A stretch of DNA of 36,786 nt from Candidatus Thorarchaeota archaeon. GTDB taxonomy: Archaea > Asgardarchaeota > Thorarchaeia > Thorarchaeales > Thorarchaeaceae. Below the pieces are notes generated by a model. It was not told where the DNA came from and did not search any database. It saw only the letters and a list, made by a program, of their open reading frames with translations. Location of the stretch: NCBI GenBank assembly GCA_046758445.1, contig JBHIAE010000028.1:1-36786 (forward strand), read 5' to 3'. Made by a program: the position numbers and the translations under genes. Within the stretch, counting starts at the first letter, position 1. Every line of letters begins with the position of its first letter. This document shows, piece by piece, positions 26,489 through 36,491 of the stretch.

Positions 26489-27445
26489 CTACTTCGTTCT
26501 CTTATGACGGATGAACCCTGAGCACGCGTATGTCTTCATGCCCTTCTTCTCGAACTCGTCAAGAATCAGGTTCATGCCTATCGAGTCAGAGCTCTGGTGC
26601 CCCGCGATGACTACGTAGAGACCCTCCTCTTCACATTCCTTCTTGAGAGTTTCCGACATGTGCATTGTGATTAGAGTGCTTACTCCAGCTCTGGCAAGCT
26701 TCTTGATTGACTCCTTGCCTGGAGAAGTGCCTCCGGTAAAGAAGACGAACTTGTCACCAACACTACCCTCAGACTTTCCAACGATGATCTCTGGTCCTGC
26801 GCCGTACGGTTCTGCTCCCTGGTATTCGGGAATATCCAAGAGGGCCTCTACCACGTCACCAAGAGTGTGGGGGTCTTTCTTCTTGAGGAATTCCGTCATG
26901 AGCTGGTATCCTAGAGAGTCGGCGGGGGTATGAGCTGACATCAAGGGGATATCTAAGAGCCTGGCAGCGTCGATCACTTGGGTATGGTTCCCACCTCTTA
27001 TCCCGAAGTGGACTTCCTTCAACCTCTTTGCCATAGCTGACTCTGCTTGAGCAATAGGAACTCCCAGCTTGGCCCAGTGCTCTGGCTGGAGACGCATCAC
27101 CCAGTCAAGTTTGTACAGTCCTATTCCGTGAGGATGATGAGCCAATACCAAGTCGATGGGGGTCCCTTTTTCTGTAAGTCGGTCTGCTAGCACCATCTCT
27201 CCGGTCCTGATGTCAATGCCTGCTAGAACGCTATTGGCCTCCCTGTCCTCATCACCGTAATGCAGTCGACAGTCTGTGTAGGGGTTCCAAGTGACATCCG
27301 TGTCAGCAAGTTCCTTCTTCTTCCCTTCAAGCTTGTCGAGCTTCTTCTTTGACTCCTCGAGTATCTTCTTGATCCTGTCTTCTCCTCGAGGATCCGCCTT
27401 GATACCCATTTCAACTATCAATCGATAAATCTCGCCGAGTTTCAT
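26489..27445 (-). CDS. NIF3/NGG1-interacting-factor-like metal-binding protein
   Basis: ADPRG, NPYTD, GID, AHHPHG, HTPAD, TGGT, MHM and IAGHQSSDSIGMN. Start set at ATG 27445 (MKLGEIY). Confidence 0.8.
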   Translation of the reverse strand: MKLGEIYRLIVEMGIKADPRGEDRIKKILEESKKKLDKLEGKKKELADTDVTWNPYTDCRLHYGDEDREANSVLAGIDIRTGEMVLADRLTEKGTPIDLVLAHHPHGIGLYKLDWVMRLQPEHWAKLGVPIAQAESAMAKRLKEVHFGIRGGNHTQVIDAARLLDIPLMSAHTPADSLGYQLMTEFLKKKDPHTLGDVVEALLDIPEYQGAEPYGAGPEIIVGKSEGSVGDKFVFFTGGTSPGKESIKKLARAGVSTLITMHMSETLKKECEEEGLYVVIAGHQSSDSIGMNLILDEFEKKGMKTYACSGFIRHKRTK

Positions 27446-27632
27446 GGTTTTTCTGCTCGGTATGTTATGTTTGAAGCTTTCGGGAAGGGCAAGCGTTCTC
27501 ACGAAAGCACAATCCACCACGAACACTTATCATACGGTCAGGCATTTGGAGCATTGCAAGCCCATTCTGAAGAGGTGTCGAGAATTGCCCGAAGGAAGGG
27601 AAGAACGAAAGGTCGGTCCGGTATTCCGAGTG

Positions 27633-28442
27633 ATGTCTCAAGACTTGTACAGTACTGACATACATGGTGATGAGCTTGGCTTGCGGCAGACTGAGGTCTG
27701 GCGTTCCAAGAGTCGCCAGTTCACAAAGGACTCTGACATTATCGGGAAGATAGAGGAGGCACAGTTCGACAAGGACCGTAAGCGTCTCTCGAGTTCTGAG
27801 AAGGCGGGCTTCATCACAATTCGAGCATCTCTATGGTCCGGTGAGATGGATGAGAGCTCACGAAGGCTCGTTGTCAAGCTGTTCTCCGAAACAGGTGTAT
27901 GGATTGCGACGCTTGAGGAGATGGTGGCCGAGTCCTACGCACTGAGCTTTGCCACGAAGGAGCCTATGCTGTCATTCGTGGTATTGGTTGACAATGTCGA
28001 GATTATGACCCGAATACAGCAAGTCCAGAGGCGTGGGATCGCGACAGAGAACTATGCCTTCCTGATTCTGGGACCAGAAGGCACCTTCGAGGTCTTCAGG
28101 ATTGAGGGAAAGAGAGCAACCTTCGGGGACGACTTTCGAGTAGTGCGTCTCAATGGTGGTCAGACAGTGGCAGAGATAGACAGCAAGTTTGGCGACGTCG
28201 GCGGCGAGTTCGTGGTCAAGGTGAAAGACTCAGTCCTGGCTGAGAATGACTGGTTCTGCCGAGTGCTGCAGTGCTTCTCTGTTTCCGTTCGATATCGAGA
28301 AGAAATGCGGCGGAAGACCAAGCAAGTCCTCGAGAAGTGGGAGGATGGGAAAGTTGAACCGCTACAACACAGATACGAAACGAGTCTTCTTGCGAATCCC
28401 AGGAAGCTCACTCTGTCGATCGAGGAGCTTGAAGAAGTATAA
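27633..28442 (+). CDS. Putative LURP-one/scramblase/Tubby-C-like beta-barrel protein
   Basis: FRIEG...DDFRVV...GQTVAEIDSKF...EFVVKV followed by a hydrophobic helix (WFCRVLQCFSVSV). Start set at ATG 27633. Confidence 0.55.
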   Translation: MSQDLYSTDIHGDELGLRQTEVWRSKSRQFTKDSDIIGKIEEAQFDKDRKRLSSSEKAGFITIRASLWSGEMDESSRRLVVKLFSETGVWIATLEEMVAESYALSFATKEPMLSFVVLVDNVEIMTRIQQVQRRGIATENYAFLILGPEGTFEVFRIEGKRATFGDDFRVVRLNGGQTVAEIDSKFGDVGGEFVVKVKDSVLAENDWFCRVLQCFSVSVRYREEMRRKTKQVLEKWEDGKVEPLQHRYETSLLANPRKLTLSIEELEEV

Positions 28443-28454
28443 CGATAGTCACAG

Positions 28455-29459
28455 CTAGTACTCTCTATCTAGGTCAACGACATTTAGGAAGTCGGTCCTC
28501 CCCATCCCAAACCTCTTGATGTTCTCAACCACCTCGTTCCATCTCTCCAGGTCTGCGAATGGTGACATCCCACGATGTGGAGAGAGGATCACGTTCTCCA
28601 ACTCATGAAAGGGATAGAGTCTTCCTGCTTCATCCGGTTCTGGCTTATATTCGTACCATACGTCGATAGCCGCTCCCGCAATCATCTTCTCGTTCAGCGC
28701 AGTGAATAGGCTGGACTCATCAATGACATCTCCTCGAGCAATTGTAACGAGAAGGCCCTCAGGACCCAACATCTGTAACTCTTTCGGGCCGAGCATACCC
28801 TTCGTCTTACTCGTCAGCGGGACTGCGACAATCAGAATGTTGACTTCATGGAGAAAACCGTGCAACTGTGAAGTTGTGTATCGAGTGGCCGGGGTCGTAA
28901 GGGATTCATTGCCTTCCCATGTTCTCTTCAGAATCGAGAACTCCACATCGAAACCTGACAGCAGTCTGTGTACCGTGCTGTTTACGGCACCGTATCCAAG
29001 AAAGCCTATCCTGCGGTTTCTCAAAGGAGTGGAGCTTGCATGATCATCTCCTCTCCTCCAAAGGCCTTCTACCGTCCAGTTGTGATGGGGTATGACTTTG
29101 TTCGTCAAGGCAAGTAGGAGGGCAACTCCATGTTGTGCTGTGAAGTATGAGTTGCCGTGACCGTTCACCAGAGTGACAGTTCTGGTCTTGTTGATCTCTC
29201 GAAAAGCATCAATGTGATGTTGGACGCCAGCTCCCGGATTGATGAATAACCTCATCTGTTCGGCAGCATCCAGCAGCGCCTTTGACGGTTTCCATCCAAG
29301 CAAGATGTCTGCATTAGGCGCGAGTTCCAACAACCGGGACTCTTCTATCTCGTCGGGGAAGACCAGCGTGACATGATATTCTGATTCGAGACCCTTCTTC
29401 AAGTAGTCTTGGAGCTCATTACGCGCCTTCCAGATGAAAAGGACGTTCGTGTCGTTCAT
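28455..29459 (-). CDS. D-isomer-specific 2-hydroxyacid dehydrogenase family protein
   Basis: GAGV, GFLGYGAV, VPLTSKTKG, IARGDVIDE, AAIDVWY and SPH motifs. Confidence 0.9.
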   Translation of the reverse strand: MNDTNVLFIWKARNELQDYLKKGLESEYHVTLVFPDEIEESRLLELAPNADILLGWKPSKALLDAAEQMRLFINPGAGVQHHIDAFREINKTRTVTLVNGHGNSYFTAQHGVALLLALTNKVIPHHNWTVEGLWRRGDDHASSTPLRNRRIGFLGYGAVNSTVHRLLSGFDVEFSILKRTWEGNESLTTPATRYTTSQLHGFLHEVNILIVAVPLTSKTKGMLGPKELQMLGPEGLLVTIARGDVIDESSLFTALNEKMIAGAAIDVWYEYKPEPDEAGRLYPFHELENVILSPHRGMSPFADLERWNEVVENIKRFGMGRTDFLNVVDLDREY

Positions 29460-29566
29460 TTCTCACAGGCCTCGCCGAGATTTCCGCAGGCTTCTTAAGA
29501 GAGCTTCGAAGAAACCTCTCAGCGGATCACATCCGGTCCACGCCTATGCGGCCTGATGACGGAACA

Positions 29567-29598
29567 ACAGTGTTTATATACCAATACTGTAACACTAT
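29567..29598 (+). promoter_or_regulatory. TATA box (TTTATATA, 29573-80) flanked by an imperfect inverted repeat; candidate operator
   Basis: ACAGTGTT (29567-74) versus AATACTGT (29583-90) match 7/8 as an inverted repeat; AACACTAT follows directly. Lies upstream of the RHH gene. Confidence 0.55.
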
Positions 29599-29644
29599 TA
29601 CGCGAAAGTCATATTAATGACTGAGAACAAAGTCACAATGCAAG

Positions 29645-29995
29645 GTGGATTTTGAAGTGGCAAACAGAGAACCAAGAAACAAGAAAGGCACAGCCCAGCT
29701 GAGCTTGAGAGAAGAGCTCCTGGGTGAGATATCTGCAGAAGAATTCGGACTCAAGAAGAGACAGGTTTCGGTCATGACACGCATGAATGAAGATGTCGTA
29801 GAGATTCTGGACGCTTTGGTAGAGTTGGAGATCTTCAAGAGCAGATCAGAAGTCGTCGCGGCCTTTGTGGAGAAAGTGATCTCCGCGCGCCAGAAACTGT
29901 TTGATGAGATGAAGGCTCAGGCGGGAGACATCAGACGTCAGCGCGACGCAGCCAAGAAACTGGCCTTTCAGGCCATGCAAGACTCACGTGAATAA
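29645..29995 (+). CDS. Ribbon-helix-helix (CopG/Arc-like) transcriptional regulator
   Basis: VSVMTRMNEDVVEILDALVELEIFKSRSEVV fits strand-helix-'SRSE'-helix. The start may be GTG 29657. Confidence 0.78.
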   Translation: MDFEVANREPRNKKGTAQLSLREELLGEISAEEFGLKKRQVSVMTRMNEDVVEILDALVELEIFKSRSEVVAAFVEKVISARQKLFDEMKAQAGDIRRQRDAAKKLAFQAMQDSRE

Positions 29996-30365
29996 GCGTG
30001 ACCTTATCTTGGGTTGAATGGCATAAGTTGGAAATCAAGCCAATTCACACGTGAGATGCTATCTCCCTGTTCTTCCTGAACACCAGAGATCCTTGAGCCG
30101 GGAGAAGGCAATCTTATGCCTGGCTCAAGTGAAGTAATGTGTTCGCATCCAATCTTGTGTTCCAAGCTGGAAAACTAGCACCAAAAAAGAAGGGCGAGAT
30201 GCCAGGTTATCTTTTCGATCCGATTCCCAAGGAGGAAGGAAGGGCGAGAAACCATGATTGTCGTACGCGACCTGGCATCCCATTCTTGTTCTAGGCTCGG
30301 TTCGTTGTTGCGCCCTTCCATCATCATTGACGACTTCAATCTTCAACTCCCTGCCTGCAAAAGAA

Positions 30366-30704
30366 TCAAGCAGCGAATGGAGGATATACTCTCCTCGTCA
30401 TGACACGTTCCTTCTCAGCCTCTATGTAAGAGGAAGCTCCAGTGTTGTCGCTGACCCTGCTGTGAGTCGTCTTCTTGTTCTTTGACCCATTGTACTCAGA
30501 GTACACCCAGTCGAACAGGTAGATCTCTGCTGGCAGCACCAGTACAATCAGGCCCGGTATGACCGCCAAGGGCATCAGCAAAGCAAACATTGACAATACA
30601 CCAGCAATAGCACGACCAGCACCCCGCACGGAGTCCCATGCGGCGAACGTCGCGGTTGCGCTTTGCCTGACTCTTATTCTTGCATTGAGATTAAATCGCT
30701 TCAT
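30366..30704 (-). CDS. Hypothetical small membrane protein
   Basis: GGAGG upstream of ATG 30704 (MKRFNL), a central hydrophobic stretch, and an AT-rich upstream region. Confidence 0.5.
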   Translation of the reverse strand: MKRFNLNARIRVRQSATATFAAWDSVRGAGRAIAGVLSMFALLMPLAVIPGLIVLVLPAEIYLFDWVYSEYNGSKNKKTTHSRVSDNTGASSYIEAEKERVMTRRVYPPFAA

Positions 30705-31049
30705 CTTTTTCCTGCCTCCGTCATCCGAAAACCGACACCACGCCGACACCGATTCACGAAAGACGTATTAGTATTACATACATTGAGTAATAAGTGTTAT
30801 GGTGGCATGTTACAACCGAGTTATGCCAAGGAGTTGGCCTCCAGGGTCATCAGCGGTGAACTCGAATAGGGGCTCAGAAGAGCATCCTTCTCTACAGGCC
30901 ATGTTGTATCATTTAATCAGTCTACTCTTGGATGCGAACCTTCTCTGCTCGTTCTGCAATAGAACGTGGATGAAAAAGAAAGGGCGGAGAGAAGTGACCT
31001 GACTCCTCTCCTGGGATTCGAAACGCACAACGCACACTCGATATCCTAT

Positions 31050-32299
31050 CTACACTCGCGTCGCTCTTCCCACCACGGCGTTACCTATCCCTTGATCATA
31101 CACAGTAGCAGGGTACCATCCTCCGACAACCAAGCAGTCACTGGACTCGGAGTCAAGGAGGATGTCTGCAGCAGAAGAGTCGTAGTCCCTGAAGTCGTTT
31201 GAGAGTATCAACCATCTAGACCCGGCTAGCACGTTGATTGCTGACGAGCCTGCCCCCTCGAACTTGTTTCCAACGACAAGCGCGTTGTCAACATAGTTTC
31301 CTACGATGGGTCCGAGGACAGCGAAATGGCCTGGCGATACTATCGTGTTGTGGTAGATGATTGCACGTATTGTGGGACTCTCAGGCGAATCCCACATCTC
31401 GATACCACCAAACGGAATCGGTGCATCTCGATGAATCGTGTTGCGAGAGATGTAGTACCTTGAGCGAGACGGTTCTGTGTCAAGCATCTCAAAGTACCAA
31501 TCGAACCTGCCAATCGTAACTCCAGCACAGTTGTCAGCTTCGCACCGGTAGACCTTGATATCAGATGCAAAGGATTTGGTGAAGGCGGCTCCACCCAATC
31601 CGAAAACCGATGTGAATTCGTTATTGGATACCCTTACTCGAGAGTTATACAATCCTGTGAACCAGAGGCTTGTTCGCTTAGTTTCAAAACGCGAATTGGT
31701 GACTTCGAAAGTCCCCACCAAACTTGCCATTTTGACTCCCAGTAGGGGTATGTCAGGGTCGAGCGCCACGTGGGTTCCCCAGAACGTTATGCCATCCATT
31801 AGCCAGTCACCAAATAGATGCACACTGTCAATGGAGGCACTCACATAGCCCCGCAACGGTTCTCCATCAGGACTAAACCTTCCCGTGATCCAAATGACAC
31901 ACGGGATGTTATATCCACCCCAGAATTCGGGGGGCCAATGGTCTGGAGGATCATATCAGAGATGGCAATCTCTGTTGCTGTAGCTGGGCAATCACCCTTA
32001 TTCATTTGGTAGAACATGAACATGGATGGTCCAATAGGCACACCCTGGATTGGAGGCGCATTCGGAAAGGGGTCTATACCAGCAGTCCGGACAAGAGTAT
32101 CTTCCATTCCTGCACCTCTGAACACACCATCAAAGTCTGCAATCTGGATGGGTCGATCAGTTACAAACTCGCCTGCAGTTAGTTCCACAATGCTGCCTGG
32201 GCCCGCAGCGACGGCTTGTGCAAAAGCACTGCAGATATTCTCCCTGTCTGTGACTCCAGTCATATCCATCGACGGCGAAACAACGAAGACTTGGTACAA
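31050..32299 (-). pseudogene. Frameshifted, apparently 5'-truncated right-handed beta-helix (pectin-lyase-like) protein
   Basis: N-terminal part VVSPSMDMTGVTDRENI..AF..A..AGPGSIVELTAGEF...GAG; C-terminal part has repeated 'V/I.xN.F' coils. The two frames join through a G6 run at 31929-31934. Confidence 0.7.
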
Positions 32300-32660
32300 A
32301 TTGTTGTATAACAGAATGATTCCCGCTCGAACCGGTGGTTGGAGCCCGGACTACATTGACCCGGACAACTTTGCATGGGGACTCGTACATTCGGAGGGAC
32401 CGTTCATGGGCTGGATGGGCTATGAGAATGCAAGAGTTGACGAGTTGGTAGAGATTGCCAGAAGGGAAATCAATCCTGACATTAGGCAGGACTACTACAA
32501 CGAAATGCAGGAACTGGTCGCTTACGACCAGCCCTGTATCTACCTGTACCAGTCAAAGGAGTTCAGGGTCTGGAGAGCTTGGCTGAGAGGCAGCGGTCTG
32601 GAATTCAATCCAATCCATGGGATATATTGGTATCACATCTACAAGGACTATGACACCTAG
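32292..32660 (+). pseudogene. C-terminal remnant of an ABC transporter substrate-binding protein (family 5, Opp/Dpp type)
   Basis: GWSPDYIDPDNF...GYENARVDELVEIARREINPDIRQDYYNEMQELV..DQPCIYLYQ; only about 120 aa present. Confidence 0.8.
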
Positions 32661-32729
32661 GCAATGCTGCGAAGTCCGGAGTGTAGTAGCACATTCAGGG
32701 AGTGTGAAAAGAAACACTATGAAAGTCGA

Positions 32730-34406
32730 CTAGTCCGCTTTCCTCTCCTCTTGCTCCTGCAATTCTCTTCTCAGGACTTTCCCAACAAGGGTCTCAGGGA
32801 GCTCCTTCCTGACCTCGATCATCTTTGGGACCTTGTACGGTGAAACATTCTGCCTGCAGAATTCCCGTATCTCATTCAGTAGCTCCTCACTCTCCTTGTA
32901 GCCATCTTTGAGGACTACGTAAGCCTTCACAATCTCACTGCCCGGATTCCCTGCGTCCGGCAAACCGATTACAGCTGCGTTCTCAACAGACTCGTGCTCA
33001 AACAGAACATCCTCTAGTTCCCTCGGGTAGACCTTGAAGCCACTGACGATGAGCATGTCCTTCTTCCTGTCAATGATGTAGAAGTAGCCGTCCTCGTCCA
33101 TCTTACCAATGTCACCGGTCAGAAGCCAGCCATCTCTGATCTGGTCTGCTGTGGCCTCGGGTTTGTTCCAGTAGCCCTTCATCACTTGTGGACCTTTGAT
33201 GATTATCTCGCCCTCCTCTCCGATGGGTAGGATTTTCGTGTGGTCGTCGATGTCGACGATTCTGACCTCTGTGTCCGATATGGGCAATCCGACGGAGCCA
33301 ACCTTACGCACTCCTTTGATGGGGTTGACATGAGTCACAGGGGAGGCCTCTGTCAAGCCATATCCTTCAATTATCACAGCGCCAGTTCTACTCTCGAACT
33401 CATGCAGCACTTCAGGAGGCATGGGTGCCGCGCCCGTGTTGCAGAACCTTATGCATCTCAAGTCCTTGGCATAGTCCTCAAGGTCGTCTCTCTCAAGCAG
33501 TCGCATGTACATCGTCGGCACGCCTGGGAACATCGCCGGCTTTGTGTCCCGAATGATCTCAAACAACGATTTATGGTCGCGCGGATCTGGGTTCAATGCA
33601 ATTGCAGATGCATTGTATATCCAGCTGTTCATACAGACAGTCATACCATAGATATGGAATAGCGGCAGGTTGGTTAGTCCAGTGTCCTTGCCTCTCTGTG
33701 TTTCAGAAGCAGTCCAACTGTATGTGGCGACGCAGTTTGATACAAGATTGTAGTGGGTTAGCATTGCCCCTTTCGGTAGACCGGTAGTTCCACCAGTGTA
33801 CTGAAGAATAGCCAGTGTCTCCTTCGGATCTATCTCGAATTTGGGCGGATTCGGCTCAGTGTTGTTGACCAGATTCACGAACTGCTTCGTGCCTGCCAAT
33901 TCTGGTGGCTCTCTAACAGCACCTCGAACGTAGTCCAGTACATTGGTTACAATGATGTTCTTGAGTCGTGTCCTGTCCTTGATGCTGTTGATCTTCTCGA
34001 GCTGCGTGTCCCACGCAATGATTGTTTCGGCGCCCGAATCATTCAGTTGGTACGCGAGCTCGCGTTCTGTCAAGAGAACACTGCATGCGGTGACAATCCC
34101 GCCCGCCTTCAGGATTCCGTAGAAACTGAAGAGGAACTGAGGGAAGTTTGGAATCATCATCGCCACAACGTCGCCCTGTTTCACGCCAAGGTTCACCAGC
34201 GCAGTGGCAAGTCTGTCTGCGATGTCTTTGAATTCCTTGTAGGTTATTCTCCTCTTCTGGAACCAGATCGCGGGTCGTCCGCCGTAGTCTCTAGCTGCAT
34301 TATCAAGAATCTCGTACAGATTCATCTCAGGGTACTCTAGGTGGGGACTCACACCTTCATCGTAATGCTTCAACCAAGGCTTCTCTGCATATGGGTCTTC
34401 GGTCAT
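32730..34406 (-). CDS. fadD: Long-chain fatty-acid--CoA ligase (AMP-binding)
   Basis: YTGGTTGLPKG, LPLFHIYG, EGYGLTEASP, GPQVMKGYW, TGDIG, DRKKD and GKVLRREL. Confidence 0.92.
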   Translation of the reverse strand: MTEDPYAEKPWLKHYDEGVSPHLEYPEMNLYEILDNAARDYGGRPAIWFQKRRITYKEFKDIADRLATALVNLGVKQGDVVAMMIPNFPQFLFSFYGILKAGGIVTACSVLLTERELAYQLNDSGAETIIAWDTQLEKINSIKDRTRLKNIIVTNVLDYVRGAVREPPELAGTKQFVNLVNNTEPNPPKFEIDPKETLAILQYTGGTTGLPKGAMLTHYNLVSNCVATYSWTASETQRGKDTGLTNLPLFHIYGMTVCMNSWIYNASAIALNPDPRDHKSLFEIIRDTKPAMFPGVPTMYMRLLERDDLEDYAKDLRCIRFCNTGAAPMPPEVLHEFESRTGAVIIEGYGLTEASPVTHVNPIKGVRKVGSVGLPISDTEVRIVDIDDHTKILPIGEEGEIIIKGPQVMKGYWNKPEATADQIRDGWLLTGDIGKMDEDGYFYIIDRKKDMLIVSGFKVYPRELEDVLFEHESVENAAVIGLPDAGNPGSEIVKAYVVLKDGYKESEELLNEIREFCRQNVSPYKVPKMIEVRKELPETLVGKVLRRELQEQEERKAD

Positions 34407-34425
34407 AGTTTGTCCATCGACGTGT

Positions 34426-35766
34426 CTAATCTCCGCCTATTAAGTCAAGTGCCTCTTGGGCAGCTTCAGCCACGAAATCGAATTCATCGTGGAGTAGTTC
34501 ATCCAGAGCTTTGGTGACTTTAGGATTGGCCACGCCGATTCTACCGAGCGCTTCAGATGCACGCCAACGAACGTCTGGTTTCTTGTCGCTGAGAGCCCCA
34601 ATTAATGCTGGAGTGGCATCTGCCGCCGCTGACCCGATCTTCCCTAGACTTAGGGCTGCTTCACGTCGAACATCGACTTTAGGGTCAACCAGCGCATTCA
34701 CCAGTGCCTGATTCACTGTTTTGTTACCCACTCCAATCTTGCCTAGGGAGCTAGCAGCCTCGGCGCGGACTGATGTACGACCCTCCTTCATCATTCCGAC
34801 TAGAGCTGGAATTGCATCTTGCGCATCGGCGCCCATTCCGCCAATTGCTGAGACTATGATGACTTTCATCTTGGTGTTTGCCGTTTCAAACGAATCCAAC
34901 AGCGTGGGGATTGCCTCTTTCCCGATTGAGCGGAGGGCATCAGCAGCCTTTCCTCGAACGGCTTCACTTCTATCGATCAGCATGGATGCTATTCCACTGA
35001 TTACTGTGGGATCTGAAATCTTCATTTCTCCAAGCGTTTCAATTGCTCCCTTTCGTACAACCTGATTGGGATGATTCAACGACTCCATCAATAGAGGGAC
35101 TGCCTCATCACCAATTTCTGCGAGAGTTTCTATTGACCGATGGCGAACTCTCCAGTCGTCATCTTCGAGAGTCTTCACGAGCGTGGGTATAGCTTCGACT
35201 GACCTTGTGCCAATCCTCCTTATTGCCTGAGCAGCAGCGTTCCTCACGGTCCAGCTTGTATCTTTGAGCCGACCAATCAGGACCGGAATGGCCTCATGGG
35301 CACTCGCCCCCATTATTCCAAGAGATTTCACGACTTCTGTTCGGATTTCCTCACTCTCATCTTCTAAGGCCGCAACCAGACTAGAAAGAGCCACGTCGGT
35401 CGCAACTCCAATGCTACCAAGTGAGATGGCCGCTGCTTTTCGGACAGATGGCTCTTCATCGACTAGCAACTTCGACAGACTCGGGATCGCATCCACGGCA
35501 GACTCTCCAATCTTTCCCAATGACCTTGCAGCCTCACGGCAGATACTCCAGTCCTCATCCTCTAGGCATGTCACGAGCTGAGATACAGCTTCTCTCGCTT
35601 GCTCACCCAGCTCTCCAAGTGCCAGTGCTGCATTAAAACGAATGGAACGAAGATCATTGCCCAGATGTCTCATCAGCTCCTTAATGATGGATGGGTCCTT
35701 TTCGACCCTCGCCAGCACCAATTCTACTTTGGCATCGCGCAACATATCCTCTATAGAACCAGACAC
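34426..35766 (-). CDS. HEAT-repeat (PBS-lyase-like) protein
   Basis: A dozen or more 'L.D....VR..AA..LG.IG' repeats. Confidence 0.92.
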   Translation of the reverse strand: MSGSIEDMLRDAKVELVLARVEKDPSIIKELMRHLGNDLRSIRFNAALALGELGEQAREAVSQLVTCLEDEDWSICREAARSLGKIGESAVDAIPSLSKLLVDEEPSVRKAAAISLGSIGVATDVALSSLVAALEDESEEIRTEVVKSLGIMGASAHEAIPVLIGRLKDTSWTVRNAAAQAIRRIGTRSVEAIPTLVKTLEDDDWRVRHRSIETLAEIGDEAVPLLMESLNHPNQVVRKGAIETLGEMKISDPTVISGIASMLIDRSEAVRGKAADALRSIGKEAIPTLLDSFETANTKMKVIIVSAIGGMGADAQDAIPALVGMMKEGRTSVRAEAASSLGKIGVGNKTVNQALVNALVDPKVDVRREAALSLGKIGSAAADATPALIGALSDKKPDVRWRASEALGRIGVANPKVTKALDELLHDEFDFVAEAAQEALDLIGGD

Positions 35767-35777
35767 AGTATCACCAC

Positions 35778-36491
35778 CTATATTCCCAGGTAGACCTTCT
35801 TGATTCTTGGTTCTCTCTCAAGCTCTTCTCTTGTCCCACTCATCTCGATCTTCCCTTCTTCTAGGACATAGATGTTATCTGCGACTTCCATGGCCAATAC
35901 TGCATCTTGTTCAACCAGCAGTGTAGTTGTCCCCTCATGCTTGATCTGCTTAATTGCGTCAAAGATCCTCGTTTTCACCTTGGGAGCCAGACCGAGAGAG
36001 GGTTCATCCAGCAAGAGCAAAGTTGGATTAGACATGAGTGCACGAGCAATAGCAAGCATCTGCTGCTCGCCTCCGCTCAGGGTGCCTGCTCGCTGTTTTG
36101 TCCGTTCATGGAGCCGCGGGAAGATATCGAAGACGAACTCAAGGAGCTCTGGATACTTTCCTTTGTCCCTCAAAGCGTATGCTCCCAGCTCGATGTTCTC
36201 CATGACAGTCATATCGTAGAATAGTCGACGGCGTTCCGGGCAGTGAGCGATTCCGCGTCGAGCAATCTGATATGCATCTAGTTCATCAATCCTCTCTCCC
36301 ATGAACGAGATTCTTCCTCTGTCAATCTCCTCCAGCCCGGATATGGCTCTTAATAGAGTGGACTTGCCCGCTCCATTTGGCCCAATCACTGCATCGAGTG
36401 ATTTCTCCTCCACTGTGAGATTGACTTCTTCAAGCGCTCTGGCTTTGCCATAGTAGTGGTAGACCTTCCTGAGCTCAAGCAAACTCCTCAC
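35778..36491 (-). CDS. livF: Branched-chain amino acid ABC transporter ATP-binding protein (LivF-like)
   Basis: GPNGAGKST, LSGGEQQMLAIARAL, LLLDEPSLGLAP and LLVEQ. Confidence 0.92.
   Translation of the reverse strand: MRSLLELRKVYHYYGKARALEEVNLTVEEKSLDAVIGPNGAGKSTLLRAISGLEEIDRGRISFMGERIDELDAYQIARRGIAHCPERRRLFYDMTVMENIELGAYALRDKGKYPELLEFVFDIFPRLHERTKQRAGTLSGGEQQMLAIARALMSNPTLLLLDEPSLGLAPKVKTRIFDAIKQIKHEGTTTLLVEQDAVLAMEVADNIYVLEEGKIEMSGTREELEREPRIKKVYLGI

Noticed and set aside
27444-27632. Overlapping N-terminal extensions of the divergent NIF3-like and scramblase-like ORFs
   Set aside because: Better explained as the shared promoter region, with internal ATGs at 27445 and 27633.
32016-32291. 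N-terminal half of the 214-aa plus-strand ORF as a real protein domain
   Set aside because: It is the antisense of the beta-helix gene; SBP-like sequence only begins at about 32292.
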